The translations under genes and the position numbers were made by a program. This document shows positions 38,781 to 57,884 of a DNA stretch of 64,000 nucleotides, in pieces. Positions within the stretch are counted from its first letter, which is position 1; every line of letters begins with the position of its first letter. Below the pieces are notes generated by a model, which did no database searches, was not told where the DNA came from, and saw only the letters and a program-made list of their open reading frames with translations. Source of the DNA: Hormiphora californensis (Eukaryota; Animalia; Ctenophora); the NCBI GenBank assembly GCA_020137815.1, contig CM035351.1, positions 8,866,001 through 8,930,000 on the forward strand, written 5' to 3'.

Positions 38781-40636
38781 GGGGGGTGGGGGAAGGGTCG
38801 TTGGGACCACACCGAAAATGACATCGAGCAGGGTAGCCCTGTAAAAGGAAAAGGGGTTAAAAATAAAATTTTGAAATTGGAAAAAATACAATCCCCAAAT
38901 AGGAAAAAAGGGGGAAAAAGGGAGTTAGGGGAATACTAAAAAAACATTGACAGGGAACCCCGTCGGGAAAACGGTAGGGGGTAGTCCCCGGGGGGTTGAT
39001 GAATAGATGGAGGGTAAAATGGGACCCAAAAAGGGACTCGGGAAACTCCAGCTAATTTACATCAGAGATGGGTGTTCCCCGTAAACAATTAAACCGATGG
39101 GACAGATTTTTCCCTAATCAGCCTAAACCATAGTTTTGGGGAGCAATATTACACACGGGAGAGAGGGTTCCCGCCCGGATTTAAATTTCACCTGAAAGGG
39201 GAGTAAATGAGTGGGCTGGAAGTTAACCCGAGAAAAGGGGGTAGAAAGGAACCCAAGGATAAAATGGCAACCCAAAGGGGGGGTAGGGAAAAGGGGGGGA
39301 AGGAGACGAGTCATGGGGAAACTCATAAAGGGGGTCACTAGATGCCCTGGAAAGATGAACACCAGGGGGGGGAACTGGTCATGGGGGAATGCAGGGGCCG
39401 TTGACAGGATCAACTGATTGAATCAGTATTCGGTCTGGATAGGTAACGTTTTTCCTTTGCGAGTGTAGCAAGTCAGTACGGAGATGGTCCTTTGTAAGGC
39501 TATCAGCCAGAGTCAGTCAAAAATGGCGGTGCTACTTGTACGCCTGGGACCTGAAAGAGAAGTTCTACTCGGGACTCTACTACTCTCCTAACTCAGCTAC
39601 TAGCTAACAACTAACAGACAAATGAGGATGCCACTATACTCGGAGGTCTAGAGCGTACAATTGTACGGTGTACAGAGAAAAGCGAAAGGGTTAGATGAAT
39701 ACCTATGCTACTGGAAAACAGAAGCTGAGATAAAGAGTATTACAGTGCTGCTTGTAGTGGGAATACGGCGTCTCAACAACACGGCATACGACGGTTGCCG
39801 AAATACAGATACATAATTGAAATACACAAATACTACAGTGTCGACTCAGTGAGGACACACGTGCTGTCAATCTGGCGCTCTGAATCAAAACGGCAAGACG
39901 AGCCAAATCAGAGTCTGATCTGGCTCGTCTTACCGTTTTCCACCGACACTGCACTCCCACCACAAGCACCCATGTTATAAGGGAAAGAACTCAACTCTTG
40001 ATGAGAAAGGAATAAATATAAAACAGGAAATTCCAAAATAAGACCTGGTGAGTGGGTGAGATCTAAATTCTAAGGACTAAAAGGTGAGTGTGATATAAGA
40101 GAACACAGGAACTGGAACCCCAAGACTACGGCCCCAAGAAAAACTAAGCCTAAAAACCCTGAAAGGCACGACTGCAAAGACAGACAACCTACCAAACAGC
40201 CCAGAACTAGATACCTAAGACGGAAAGGCTGAAATGACAACTTTGCGCTTACCAGCACAGAAAAGAAAATGAAAACAATGAGGAAACTGGGGAGGGGGGG
40301 GGGCAGAGAAGCCGAAGCCAACCCAGGGAGGGAGACAGAGGCCAAGGGACCACGACATAAGAGGACGCCGTGCCCTAAATACTGGCCACCCTTCCAGCAG
40401 AACACGTCCAGATAACAACAATAATAAATAGTAACCAATGAATATAGAATGAACGATCTTATCTGATTTGAGAATGTAGGTAGGGGATGTAGGTGGCTGG
40501 TCCTTTGTTGCTAGTCCGTGGTGGTAGGTAGGGCTGGCTGGGCTTTGTTGGTCGCGGTAGACTATGTCGTGAAATACGAGAAGGGCAAGAGATGGAGAGC
40601 TCGTGCAACGTTAGTCAGAAAACAAATTAGAAAAAG

Positions 40637-40684
<48 letters not shown>

Positions 40685-41536
40685 ACCAACTAATCACTTC
40701 TTCCTCTTTCTCCCTCCTTTTGCCTCTCTCTAATTCTACCAGCTGAGTTGTTGCTGCAGTAGTAGAAGGCTTGAGAACAATAAAAATGAGCCCCCTCACG
40801 TCCCCCCCTCACGTCCCCTCACACTAGACCACATGGGGTGCACAATTTCTCTCTCTCCTCCCTCTTTTGTCGGGGACACATTTTCATTGGTATTCAGAAA
40901 TAGAATATTCCAGTATAAACTCTATTAGGTGGTTAGAGTGTTGGAGAGCTAAGTGTTCAGTGAAAAGATGTGGTTACATCGTGGCAAACAGTAACTGTTA
41001 AACGATCACTCAATGAGTGAGAGGAACCAAGTTACGTGTAGTTTAACCACTGAACATACGCACACGGCACAGTTCATATCTAATCATCTCTAACTACAGG
41101 CCCCTGTACTGCCATTTCATTTGAAATCCCCTTTTCTCTCTCTCTCCTCTCATGCACTTTCTCCCTATATTTCGTCACTTTCTTTGTCTGAGAAATAACT
41201 TTCTCCCGTTATAATCTCTTTATTTTCCATTACACGTTGAACGTTCCTTCACATGTGTCACTGAATATGGTACTGCCCACTGGGCAGCTGATCGTGTATT
41301 CGACATACAATATATGTGCCACCTGTGCCCCCTCCTCCCCACTCTACGTCGCTCTCTGGTTAAATAATTAGGGGGGAGATAGAATAAAGGAGGGGAGAGG
41401 AATATGTAAATAATGCTAAAAGACAGACTGAAGGAAGTATGTCACATCATTTTACCATTTCTAATTAGTGGACCGCAACATTTGCAGCGGCCATGAAAGC
41501 TACTCTATTGTGTATACAGTTCACTAGTCTCTACTC

Positions 41537-47441
<5,905 letters not shown>

Positions 47442-48045
47442 GAGTGGTGGCGGCTTGATATTTGTATCCCATGATATGGTTGGTGTGTAAGAGAGTGTGT
47501 GTGTGTGTGTGTGTGTGTGTGATGTTGGCTATGTTTTCATTTCTTGAGAAGCTGTGAGTGAGTTATATTTATGTGTACCGTTATATATTATAGTGCGTGA
47601 GAGAGAGAAAGCCTAAAGACCCAGACTTAATATTGAACCCGTGTACATTTCATGCACATGTTAGGGAGTGTTAACTCCGTGTAAAAATGTACCGCTTATA
47701 TCATCATTATCTCGCCTCATGTTCGTCCCCTAATGCGCCAACAAGAATTTAATTTTTAGTTCTGTTTTTATATTTTAATTATAGACACTTGATGAAACCA
47801 TGCCTTATCATTGTCTTATTTAAAAGGTGTACAGGAAAAACGCTAATGTGAAGTGCTGGAAGACGCCGGAAAGTTTGTTTGGCGCTTTCCAGAGCAAACG
47901 GTACGCGCAATTGTTAACCCGCGCTAAACTGGTGAAGTTGCGCGCGTTTTCCTTGCATTCCGAAAATAAAAATCGAACTCAAAGTATTTAAAATAAAATT
48001 TGCACCCATTTTATTTTTTAACTTTTGGTGTTGTTTCTGATTGCC

Positions 48046-48603
48046 ATGTCGTTCGAATATGACGTCCCAATAGATTGCTCGACACTGAGGGACTTCAGAG
48101 AATCTATCCATTTGTCTGTGAAAAAACAAAGCCAGACAACAGAACGTGTCCTTTCCATTTTCAATGTTTGGTCCGCACACAACTGGGACCCAGAAGCGTT
48201 CGAACACCCGGTATGTAAGTCATTTTACTGCAACTGACTAGTTTTCTTGAAAATCACAATTTTGTTTTTTCAGACCTTGGAGTTCTGTGAAAAGTACAGT
48301 TCCGCTCAGATGGCGTCGTTAAAAGCCATGAAGGAACGACAAATCGCTGCCATGGAACGTTGTGTTGCTTACAAGTTTTCTGAACATGAGACTCTCTTGG
48401 GGGACAGCTCTACCTACAAAGCAGCTCAGCTGGCTAAGAGGGATGCCCTTATTATGGAGATTGATATTAAGAAACAGCATGTTACAGACTTTGAGGATCT
48501 GAAAAACTTTAGAGAACGTTGTAATAAAGAGGTGATTGCGAAAAGTGAGACACCGCATCTTGTAGGTCAGGCGATACCTCATTGGAAGGATTATGAAACT
48601 TGA
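48046..48603 (+). CDS. CCDC58/Mix23-like protein
   Basis: Exons 48046-48210 and 48274-48603. Four Cys in contexts IDCSTLRDFRE, FCEK, MERCVA and KNFRERC parallel recalled CCDC58 VNCEEFAEFQE, TCKQ, IKNCIA and KVFNERC. Confidence 0.6.
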
Positions 48604-48869
48604 GATTCAGTGACGTGCGTCAGGAGTTGAGTGATATGTCAAATATTGGTGTATGATTACATTTTTCCCATAAACCTAATTAGGTAATGGATACACTCTT
48701 CAATACGCCACATAGAACTTGTAACAGACCCAATTAGGGTTGTCACCGATCACTACTCAATAGTCTCACTAACCTCATTAGGATGTGTCTTGCTCAATAA
48801 TTAGGTGTGGTAATTACCACGTCCCCACCCTTTATAACCCCCGTGTGTTTCCCTCAGTTACCAAACACA

Positions 48870-49956
48870 ATGACTTGCCTAATTTCTTCTTCTTCTGCTC
48901 CTTCTAGGCCCATGTCTGAGAGGGGTGTCTGCCGAGGTTTCGGTAGGGGCCGATCTCGGGGTGGAAACAACCAGCACCTCCTCAACTCCTCCTCCATCAA
49001 CCAACCTGATATCCAGAAACCTCAACCTGATGTACAGAAACCCCAACCTAACAACCAGAAACCCCAACCTAACAACCAGAAACCCCAACCTAACATCCAG
49101 AAACCCCAGCCTGACAACCAAAACTCCGTCAACCAGCCTACAACTACCCTTCCTGGAACTGGGACACTACCCAACTCTCGGAACCGGCAAATCAGACAAT
49201 CCCGTTTCAATAGTTCCTCTCTGCAAGCCGTCAACAGATCCCTAACTCGGGATGTCGTCCAATCACGGGCCAAGGTGAACGGGGCCCAGAAGTGTTTTAA
49301 CTTTACCTACAAGGAGCCTGTGGTTCAACCAACTGCACCCTCCCCTGCACCAACAACCAAACAAACCCTAGGACCAGGACAGCATCTACTTGATCCGAAC
49401 CATCCGGGACAACTAACCTACAGAGAAGGTGTTTACCCTGCCGCCAAGTCTGATAAACTGCTACACATGCTAATGGGATCCCTCAACTTCCAGGGGGTCC
49501 GGAAGGGACGGGGCCAGGATTCCACCAGGATGAGTGTGTGGTTTGGACCGACTGATACCCCCTACAGCCCCTCCTACAGCTCCCTCCAAACCTATGATTT
49601 CTCCAACAACCGGCTGATGAACCAGATAAAACACGACATGGAGGAGATGGGAGGTTGCCGGTTCAACTGCTGTCTGGTGACACTCTACAGAGACGGAAAG
49701 GATCACCTACCTTGGCATGGGGATGTTGAACCCTGTCTAGGACCACAGGTTGCAGTTGTGAGTCTAGGGAGACAAACGACGTCTCCAGTTCAGTCAACAT
49801 GATGAAGCAGAGTATGAGATGCATTTGACGCACGGTTCTGCACTGCTGATGAAGGGAGGATTGAGCGAGAGGTGGAGGTACTGTGTGCCCATTGAATACC
49901 ATGATAGGAAACCAAGGATTGAACTGGCATTCCGATATATCAAGGACACTGAATGA
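48870..49956 (+). CDS. AlkB-family dioxygenase, ALKBH3-like, with one apparent frameshift
   Basis: FNCCLVTLYRDGKDHLPWHGDVEPCLG, VVSLG. After removing one G at 49767-49769: DKRRLQF..LTHGSALLMKG..WRYCVPIEYHDRKPRIELAFRYI*. N-terminal (QKPQPNN)n repeat. Confidence 0.82.
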
Positions 49957-50360
49957 AAGTAGTGTGTGGCTGTGAGAGATGGCCATTTGAACTGTTTTAT
50001 GTATATTTTGAAGCATTATGAATGTTTATAAATGCATGCTGTGGGTGTTGTCATATTATCTAGCTGACAATTTTATAGTTTTCGTTTATAATCACCGTCA
50101 TATTATTATTGCTATCGTTTGTAGATGTTTTGATATTTAACTGCCCCCGTTTATATAACTACTACTAAAGCGAGAGAGTTATTATTAATGTTGAAGTGTT
50201 ATGTGAAAACAAATTAACTTGATATATTCCTTCTGTAACCCATGTGTTTTGTTATCTGTCTCCCATCCTCTTTTACAGACCCTGTAAAACATTACAAACT
50301 GACATTCTTCCTTCCACTTCCGCCACATAATCGATTAACATTTCCTCAGCCGTCGTAGTC

Positions 50361-51222
50361 ATGGGCTCCATCTTCGAGCAGATACTCGACTCAGAACGGA
50401 TATTCAAAGAACGAACTTCCGTTATCCACGCAAAGAAGGCAGAAATATCTGCAGTTGAGCGACGTATTACCGCCCAGAGGGAGTCCATATCAGTCCTTGT
50501 AGCTGAGATCAGTGAGTGTCTTGTTGAGAAGAGCGAACTCGAACTTGAGCGGGACTTTCACCGTCGGAAACTCGCATCTTTAGAGGAGATACTGAGCGAG
50601 ATAAATGAGAGAGAGGAGAAGGTCCGACAAGAGAAGGAGAAGAGTCTAGTTACACTAGGTGAACTAATGGTTACACTAGCTAACACAGCGAGTGAGCAGA
50701 GAAAGAGGGTTATCTCTGCTAACCAGGGGTTGAAGGAGGTAGATGAGAATCTTGTTGCTTCTCACTCGAGTTGTAAAGAAAGGAGAGACCAGTTGAAATC
50801 AGAACTCACTGTTCTGAGAGAAGAGATGTCCACCAAGCAGTCCAAATCTGATCTGCTGAAAAGGGAGATAGAGATTGCTAAAATGTCGCTCAATAAATCG
50901 AACGAAACACTATGTTCCCTAACCGCTATGCTGGAGAAAACCTTTTGTTCTCACTGAAGTGCAGCAAGGCCAGGTCAACAATCTGAGAAACATGGTGGCA
51001 GGGTATGAGAAACAAATGGTTTCCATAACAACTGAACTACGGAAGAAGCAGGCGTTCCTGCAGCAGGGAAGTAGGTGGGGTAATCCTGCCCCGCGGAGCA
51101 AGTTCTTCCCTCCCCGGTTCTCACCCTACCACCCAGAAGAGGAGGATGAATTTGATGATATTCCCTATGTCCCAAATCACTACTCCTGCTACCAAGCGAT
51201 AGGAAAGGGTGGTGTTTGTTAA
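50361..51222 (+). CDS. Coiled-coil protein, weakly CCDC172-like, with one apparent frameshift
   Basis: Heptad-rich ORF starting MGSIFEQILDSE (recalled CCDC172 LESLFQHIIFTE). Joins the 50959 ORF as KTFVLTEVQQGQ if one T at about 50943-50946 is removed. Confidence 0.55.
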
Positions 51223-51470
51223 TTAAGTTATTGAATCAGTCAGTCTGGGTTTCATAATTCCCGTTTTGTAAAAGAGCGAATGTGTTTGTTGTACAAACTT
51301 CAGTTTTGTAAGATTTTTAACTTTGTTCCATTTTTGTAGTTATGTCCAAATGTATTCTGTTTCCAAAATAACACATTATTTATTTTGTAACATGTGCTTT
51401 CTTTTCGTGTGACTCACCCTCAGTTTAACCCTCTCCTACACTTTCCATATCTTGTTTCCCAGCTGTTACC

Positions 51471-53841
51471 ATGAGTATACCAATGATACCCAAGATCATG
51501 ACGGAGCCGACTGCTTTTGAGCCTAGTTACGCTAAAGTAGAGAGGGACGCATCCATGTCAAAGACTTACTATTGTGGAAGCTGTAATTTGGGATTCGACG
51601 TGCTCTCGGTAGGAAATTTGGTACAACTTGTGTCTCAATGTAGATGCCAGACACAATAGTCAATAAATTTATTGGTACCCTTACCAGGGTCAGAATATCA
51701 AAGAATAGAGTTCCCTATTATCTGGTTACTACTTAGTTATCTGATTAATTACCCCCACCCCCTCCCCCAGGATTATGAGGCACATTGCTCTCTCGAGGAA
51801 CACAATTTCCACATCCAGCGAAAGATAGACATGTTGGTGCCAGGTCTGGGTTTCTGTCCGGCCTGCTCAGGAGTCCACCTAACCTCCCACTCCTGGAACA
51901 CGCATCTAACATCAATAAAACATGCCAAGTGCAAGACATCCCTCCAGGCTCTCAATATTCAGGGTGATTTTGATACCTTGTTAGGGTGCTACTCCCCCGG
52001 TGTCCTGGGTGGGCCCATAACACCCTCCATGTTGAGTCAGCAGAATGCTAAGAAGTATGGGTTTGGGCATGGTGGACAGATCAAGCAGGGAGAATATCTG
52101 ATTGGTCTACAACACATATCAAAAACAACCAAGGAGTTTGAGTACCTGTGTGGTATGTGCAAGGAGCTGTTTAACTTTGAGTTTCGTGCAAAACACCTGA
52201 CATCACCGCAACATCGGCTGAACTACCTGGTTAGTACATATATCACCATAGTAACGTATATCACCATAGTAACGTATATCACCATAGTGACTAGTGTATT
52301 GTTACCATGGTAACCCCTGACACCACTCCTTCAGAAACTAAACTACCAGCCCTGGTACGAGGATGCAATGACGCTCTTCCCGAACCAGCCGATACAGCTG
52401 TCACAGCGGTTAATATTCAGGGCAGCATCAGATAATGAAGATCGAGCAGCCAGCAGGAGGATGCCAATACTGCATGCTCTGAGGGTGTACTTCACCACAG
52501 AGGCAACCAAGAAGTTACCTAAGAAGTGAGTATGAACTTAGAATGAGGCGGGGGTAACACTAGGATAATAGGGGCACTAAGCTAGGGTAGTTTGTAACTC
52601 AACTAGTAATACGTTCAGCAGATTGAGTTATATGATGATTCAAAAACTCTCTTCACAGTGAGCTAAGAGCACAGCAAGAGGAGGAAGAAAGGAGGCGAGG
52701 AGGAAGAGGAAGGGGTGGTCGGTTTAGCAGTGATTCGGGTGGAAGATGGGGAAATAATGATAGAAATAGTGGTAGGGGTGATAGAGGACGAGGAGGTGGT
52801 CGTGGTGGTGATAGAGGAAGGGGTCGGGGAGGGCGGAGTGACCGCGGTGGTCGGGGTGGACGGTCCAGGGGTAGAAGTAGAGATCGGTGGAACCAGAATC
52901 CTAACGACGAATACGATGGAAACATGTGGGATGGTACAACTGCCCCTCTATTACAGACAATGAGATCCAATAATGGTCCCCCACCTCCTCCCTCTGGACC
53001 TCTACCTCCAGCAGCAGGGTTTCCACCGAGACGAGTTCCTCCTCCTGCTGGTGCAGCACCCCCAGCAATGGGAGGTTTCCCACCCAGACAACCACCAATG
53101 AAGGCCCCACCCCGGGTACCCCAGGTCAGACCACCCTTTAGAGAAAGCCCTGCCTCGTTTGAAGGTAATGGAAGGGGATGGTGGAGAGGATGAGTACTAT
53201 GGACCTGTTGTCGATCAGTTAGGAGATACTGTTAACGTAGTTAAGGTGAGTAATCCTACCAGGTACAACTTTGTTGTTGACCACCATGTTTGAGATGGTA
53301 GTTCTCATTCTGGATGTGGCGAGTTTCAAATTATATAGACTCCCCCGCTCACCCCCTGTTTACCATTTTCCACTAATCTTATTGTTCAGTTTGATGACCA
53401 AGAGTACGATAGTTACGATGCTAGTTTTGCCTTGGAGGCGGCTGGGGAAGAAGGATACTATGGTAGCTATGGTAACGAAGGTTACCAAGATGCAGGGTAC
53501 TATGAAGAGGGTTACCAAGGGGGATGGGCCCAACCACCACCTGTACAGCGATGGGCTCCCCGACCTCCTACCCGATATCCAACTCGAGCTCGTAGAATCG
53601 TGCCATATGGAGCCCCGCCCACTCGTTATATAACGAGGGTAAGTGTTCTCAATGCTTGAGACTGTGACCTGTGAGAACAGAATGATGTCTTGGGATTCAT
53701 GTGAGAGTTGCTACGAATGTAGATATATTTCAGTCCCATTTCCCAATTGAAAATAATAACACTGTTCTCCCTCCCCCCAGTTGTTTCTAATACCCCTCCC
53801 TCTTTCAGGGACGATCCCGTGGATTCCCACCACGTTACTGA
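51471..53841 (+). CDS. 3x matrin/U1-type ZnF plus RGG/Pro/GY low-complexity protein, paralog A
   Basis: YYCGSC..|..HCSLEEH; FCPAC..HLTSIKH; IGLQHI..YLCGMC..HLTSPQHRLNYL; RGG tract; GYY tract. Apparent +1 frameshift near 53171-53178. Confidence 0.8.
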
Positions 53842-54500
53842 TGAGGTGGGTCAGATAAACATTCCACCACCAGAAACTCTACTTCAGAATTCAGAAATTT
53901 GAAAAGATCTGACCTCTCTCTAAATATCTAAATTTCCCACCTTTTCACCAGGAAACAGGGTATCCACCCTGAGCTATGTTTGAAGCGGTACTTACAAGAG
54001 TACCGGTATGAAGTACCGTGCAGGAGCCGTGCAGCTCCTGCCACCATGTTATACACTGAGGGAAAGCTTTTTATCTGTGATATGATACGGAATATTTTAT
54101 AGTAGTTCTACAACAGGAGTCCCTGGGCGCCTGTCCTATCCTCGAAGAAATTTAACAAAGCTCAAGACATATTTTAGAGAAATCCATAACTCTGATTTCT
54201 ATTTGGTGTTTATGTCCGTTTTTGTTGATTTTGGGTGATAAGATTTAGGACTGAAAATATTTTATTCTGTCGCAACCTGACTGCATAGAAACAGCTTGCC
54301 AGCTGCCAGGGAGAGAACCGTATAACATTCTTGCTATACGGTCAGAGAAGTAGTTTTAATACAAGATTGTTAAATTGGCTGACTTATATATTTTATTTTG
54401 TTAGCTCAGGGGGATCTGATATAGATCCCCGCAGTGTTTTAAACAATATCATCTTCTCTATTCCCACCCTCTCCCCTCATTCTCTGCTACTAACTCAGGT

Positions 54501-57500
54501 ATGTACTATCAGTGGGGAGGTGCCCCGGGTGGAGACCCAGCTGTCACTGCATGGCCCGCTTCCACCACCATCAAGGACTACAACACGTACAAGATCCCCA
54601 AGAAGAGGAGAGATAGGGAGGAGGATCAGGAAGGGAGGGGTCCACGAGGTAAACCCAAACAACACAACAAGAGTAAGGAGAGGAAGAGGATTGAGATGGC
54701 GGAGCTGGAGTACCAAATGGCCATGCCGTACTTCTGTGGCTCTTGTGGACGAGGATTCAGCTCACAGGGGGTACGTGTTTAGAAAACTGTGTGTTAGAGC
54801 TGTGTTAGAACTGTGTTAGATAGCTCACTGTTACCTAAAATGTGTCTCTCTTTATCTACAGGATTTTGAGGTGCACATGAATGAAGAGGAGCACAACTAT
54901 ATAATCACCAAGAGGATCAAAACGATAGTCCCTGGCTTAGGATTCTGTGCTGTGAGTAAATATGTCATGATAGTTTGGTTAACAGTGTTTTGTCCGTAAT
55001 GTCGAATAAAGAACAGCTGATGTGACACACTTGTGTAAATCTTTTTTTCCAACTATTTCAGGCGTGTTCAATTATTCTCCAAACCAAGAGTAACTGGGAC
55101 AGTCACATAGGTAACGATAAACACAAGCGATCCGTTGAGTCACTCTTCGCTGTTGGCATCCAAGGAATGTACGATGAACCTCTAGGTTGTGAAGTACCAG
55201 GTAACTAGTGCTCCTTCATAAAACATCCCAGTGCTCCTTCATAAACAACTCCATCAATTCTTCTTTGTGTTTTAGGCGAAATTTGTGGAGTTGTACAGTC
55301 GGATGCTCTGGATGTTAAGAAAGCCATGACCGAATATGGGTATGGACACGGTGGTCTGATGAACCCAACTTTACCACTAGTTGGTCTGAATAGGATCACT
55401 ATAATATCCCATGATAACTACATGTGTGGGGTTTGTAATGAGGAATTCAGTTATATGCACAGGGGTAATCACATGGGCAGTGACGACCACCAAACCGCTT
55501 ATCTGGTGAGTCCCAGGAAGTTCCTCTTCTTTTTCTTAGTATGTGTTTCTTCTGAGTGTTCCTCTTCTTGTTCTAAGTGTTGACGGGGTGAATATCACTT
55601 TCAGAAACGGTTCTATCCTGCTTATTACCAAGATGTCATGAGCATTCCAGAAAGTTTCATAATGCAGAAACGAAACAGACTGGTATTCTTCTCCTGGAAG
55701 GTAGGTTGTATTTTGTGTGAGTGGCTGATTTTTTGTCGGCAATATCTTTTGAAACGTTCTAAAATCAACAATCATGTACCCGCACTAGGTTGAACAAACG
55801 GAAAAGAATCTGGAGACATATACTGCAAAGGACATAAGAAGACGATTTAGATTTAAACCTAAACGAGCCGCCGGACTAGCGTAAGTTACCTATAAAGCGT
55901 GGCGGTGTCATTTACATTTACATTCAAAACGACAAGATTGGTAATATTCGAACTCACACGATCACTCTCCCCTGTCAGGCCTGAAGAGACGGCCCGAAAG
56001 AAGGAGTTCTACAAGCGAGCAGCTATGGAGAAATACATTGCAGAACAAACAGCAGGGCCAGTTAGCTTTGTCAGAGCCTCAGGTTCCATAGACTCATCTA
56101 AAGCGATAACAAAGCCAGATCCCATGACCAGGGCACCTACCAACCTGATGACGAATACCACATCTTCTTTTGTGTCTGCAGGGACAACACCATCTACCTA
56201 CCCTACGACACAGGGAGGCACCACCTACAACAACTATAACACTACCGGATCACAACAACAAGCTGCAGCTTCTACCTCTGCACTTGCAGCAGTGGCCACC
56301 ACCTACTCAGTTAGTTCTTCAGCAGCCACCTACTCTGCTACTGATGTAGTACAGGACGCCGTGCATGCTTATAGCATCAACAAACAGAATACAAAGTCGG
56401 GTAGTTCTTACAGTACTTATTCAGCTGCTCCCAACTATAACGTCCAACCACCTACCCAGCCCCCACCACCCCCTCCCATCCAGCCTCCACCCCCTCCTGA
56501 CGATGAAGAGAAGAAGGATAATGCCCAGTTGATTGGACCTGTAAAACCTGCAGATACTCCAAAAGTGAAGAATGAAGACAATGATGTAGACATGACCGAT
56601 CAAGCCAAGGAAGGAAAGAAAACGGGGAAAAGGGAATTCAGCAAAACAAGGGGTGGAAGAGGTGGTCGGGGTGGAGGTAGAGGTAGGGGTAGAGGAGGAG
56701 GGCCAATGACAGGTGACCCATATTATGATAACGAGCAATACCCAGCTGGTGGCTACCCCGCCCCGGATTATGCTCTCGATCAGTTTGGATATGAGACTGG
56801 TCATGGTTACGGTGAGGTTGCCCAAGATAGTGGTTACCATGGTGGTTACCATGAGGGTGGTTACCATGAGGGTGGTTACCATGAGGGTGGTTACCCTGAG
56901 GGTGGTTACCATGAGGGTGGTTACCATGAGAGTGGTTACCCTGAGGGTGGTTACCATGAGGGTGGTTACCATGGCGACTATCAGGAGGGTGTAGAGGGTT
57001 ACCAGGGAGGTGCTGGGTTTGGACCTCGACCACCACTCAAGAAACACAAATCCTTCCATGCACCACCGCCCCGTGGGCCAGCACCTTATGGTGGTCCACC
57101 GCCACCTCATCAGGGTCCACCGGGTGGACCAGTAAGACCTCCTGTTGGTGACAGAGTACTGGAGGAAGATCTGATTGATACGGCTGGACCCTGGGACGGT
57201 CCTCCTCCAACTGGTGGACCTATGATGCCACCTCGAGGGCCTCCCAGAGGTGGCCCACCGCGACCCCGTGGAGCTCCAAGAGGGCCCTGGGGAGGACCCC
57301 CACCCAGATACCCACAAGGACCCCCTCCTGGATACGATGTAATTATAATATGTTGAATGTTCGCCGTCTCTTTTCTTACTCTCTAGATCCCCCTCTACAG
57401 CATAACTCACACCCCCCCCCCTGTTTCAGGACATGACCCCAGAAGAACAGCATGCTATGGCCGTGTTAGAACGGTTCAAGAACAGAACCACTCGAGGTGG

Positions 57501-57696
57501 AGGTGGATATCACGGGCCACCACGAGGGGGTCCCCCACCAAGGAGAGGAGGACCACCAAGGGGTCCACCAAGGCACACTGGACCACCAAGGTGTCCACCA
57601 AGGCACACTGGACCCCCAGGACACAGAGGACCCCCACCACCCTGGGGAGGGTTCCATCATCGTAGTGGTCCACCACCCCGACCCTGGATGGGATGA
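54501..57696 (+). CDS. 3x ZnF plus RGG/GY protein, paralog B
   Basis: YFCGSC..|..HMNEEEH; VPGLGFCA.ACS..HIGNDKH; VGLNRI..YMCGVC..HMGSDDH; (GGYHE)n; last exon MTPEEQHAMAVLERF followed by RGGPP. Confidence 0.82.
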
Positions 57697-57884
57697 AGGA
57701 CTGAATTTTAGTGGGCGCTAGAGACCCCTTGTTGTTTCAAGCTAATCCTTGTATGTTTTTCACAAGAGCTGATTATATTATATTTTATCTTAATTTCTTT
57801 TGAAATACAATTGTTTCGAGCCCCTGAAACCCCAAGTCACAAGCATACAGCAACTTATAAACGTCAATACGCCTAGCGTAGAAA

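Noticed and set aside
38780-40460. Purine-rich stretch and possible decayed retroelement ORF
   Set aside because: No recognisable motif; the sequence looks indel-rich and low quality, so no call can be supported.
56421-57410. 329-aa minus-strand ORF with VTTLM repeats
   Set aside because: Antisense frame of the GGYHE-coding repeat in ZnF paralog B.
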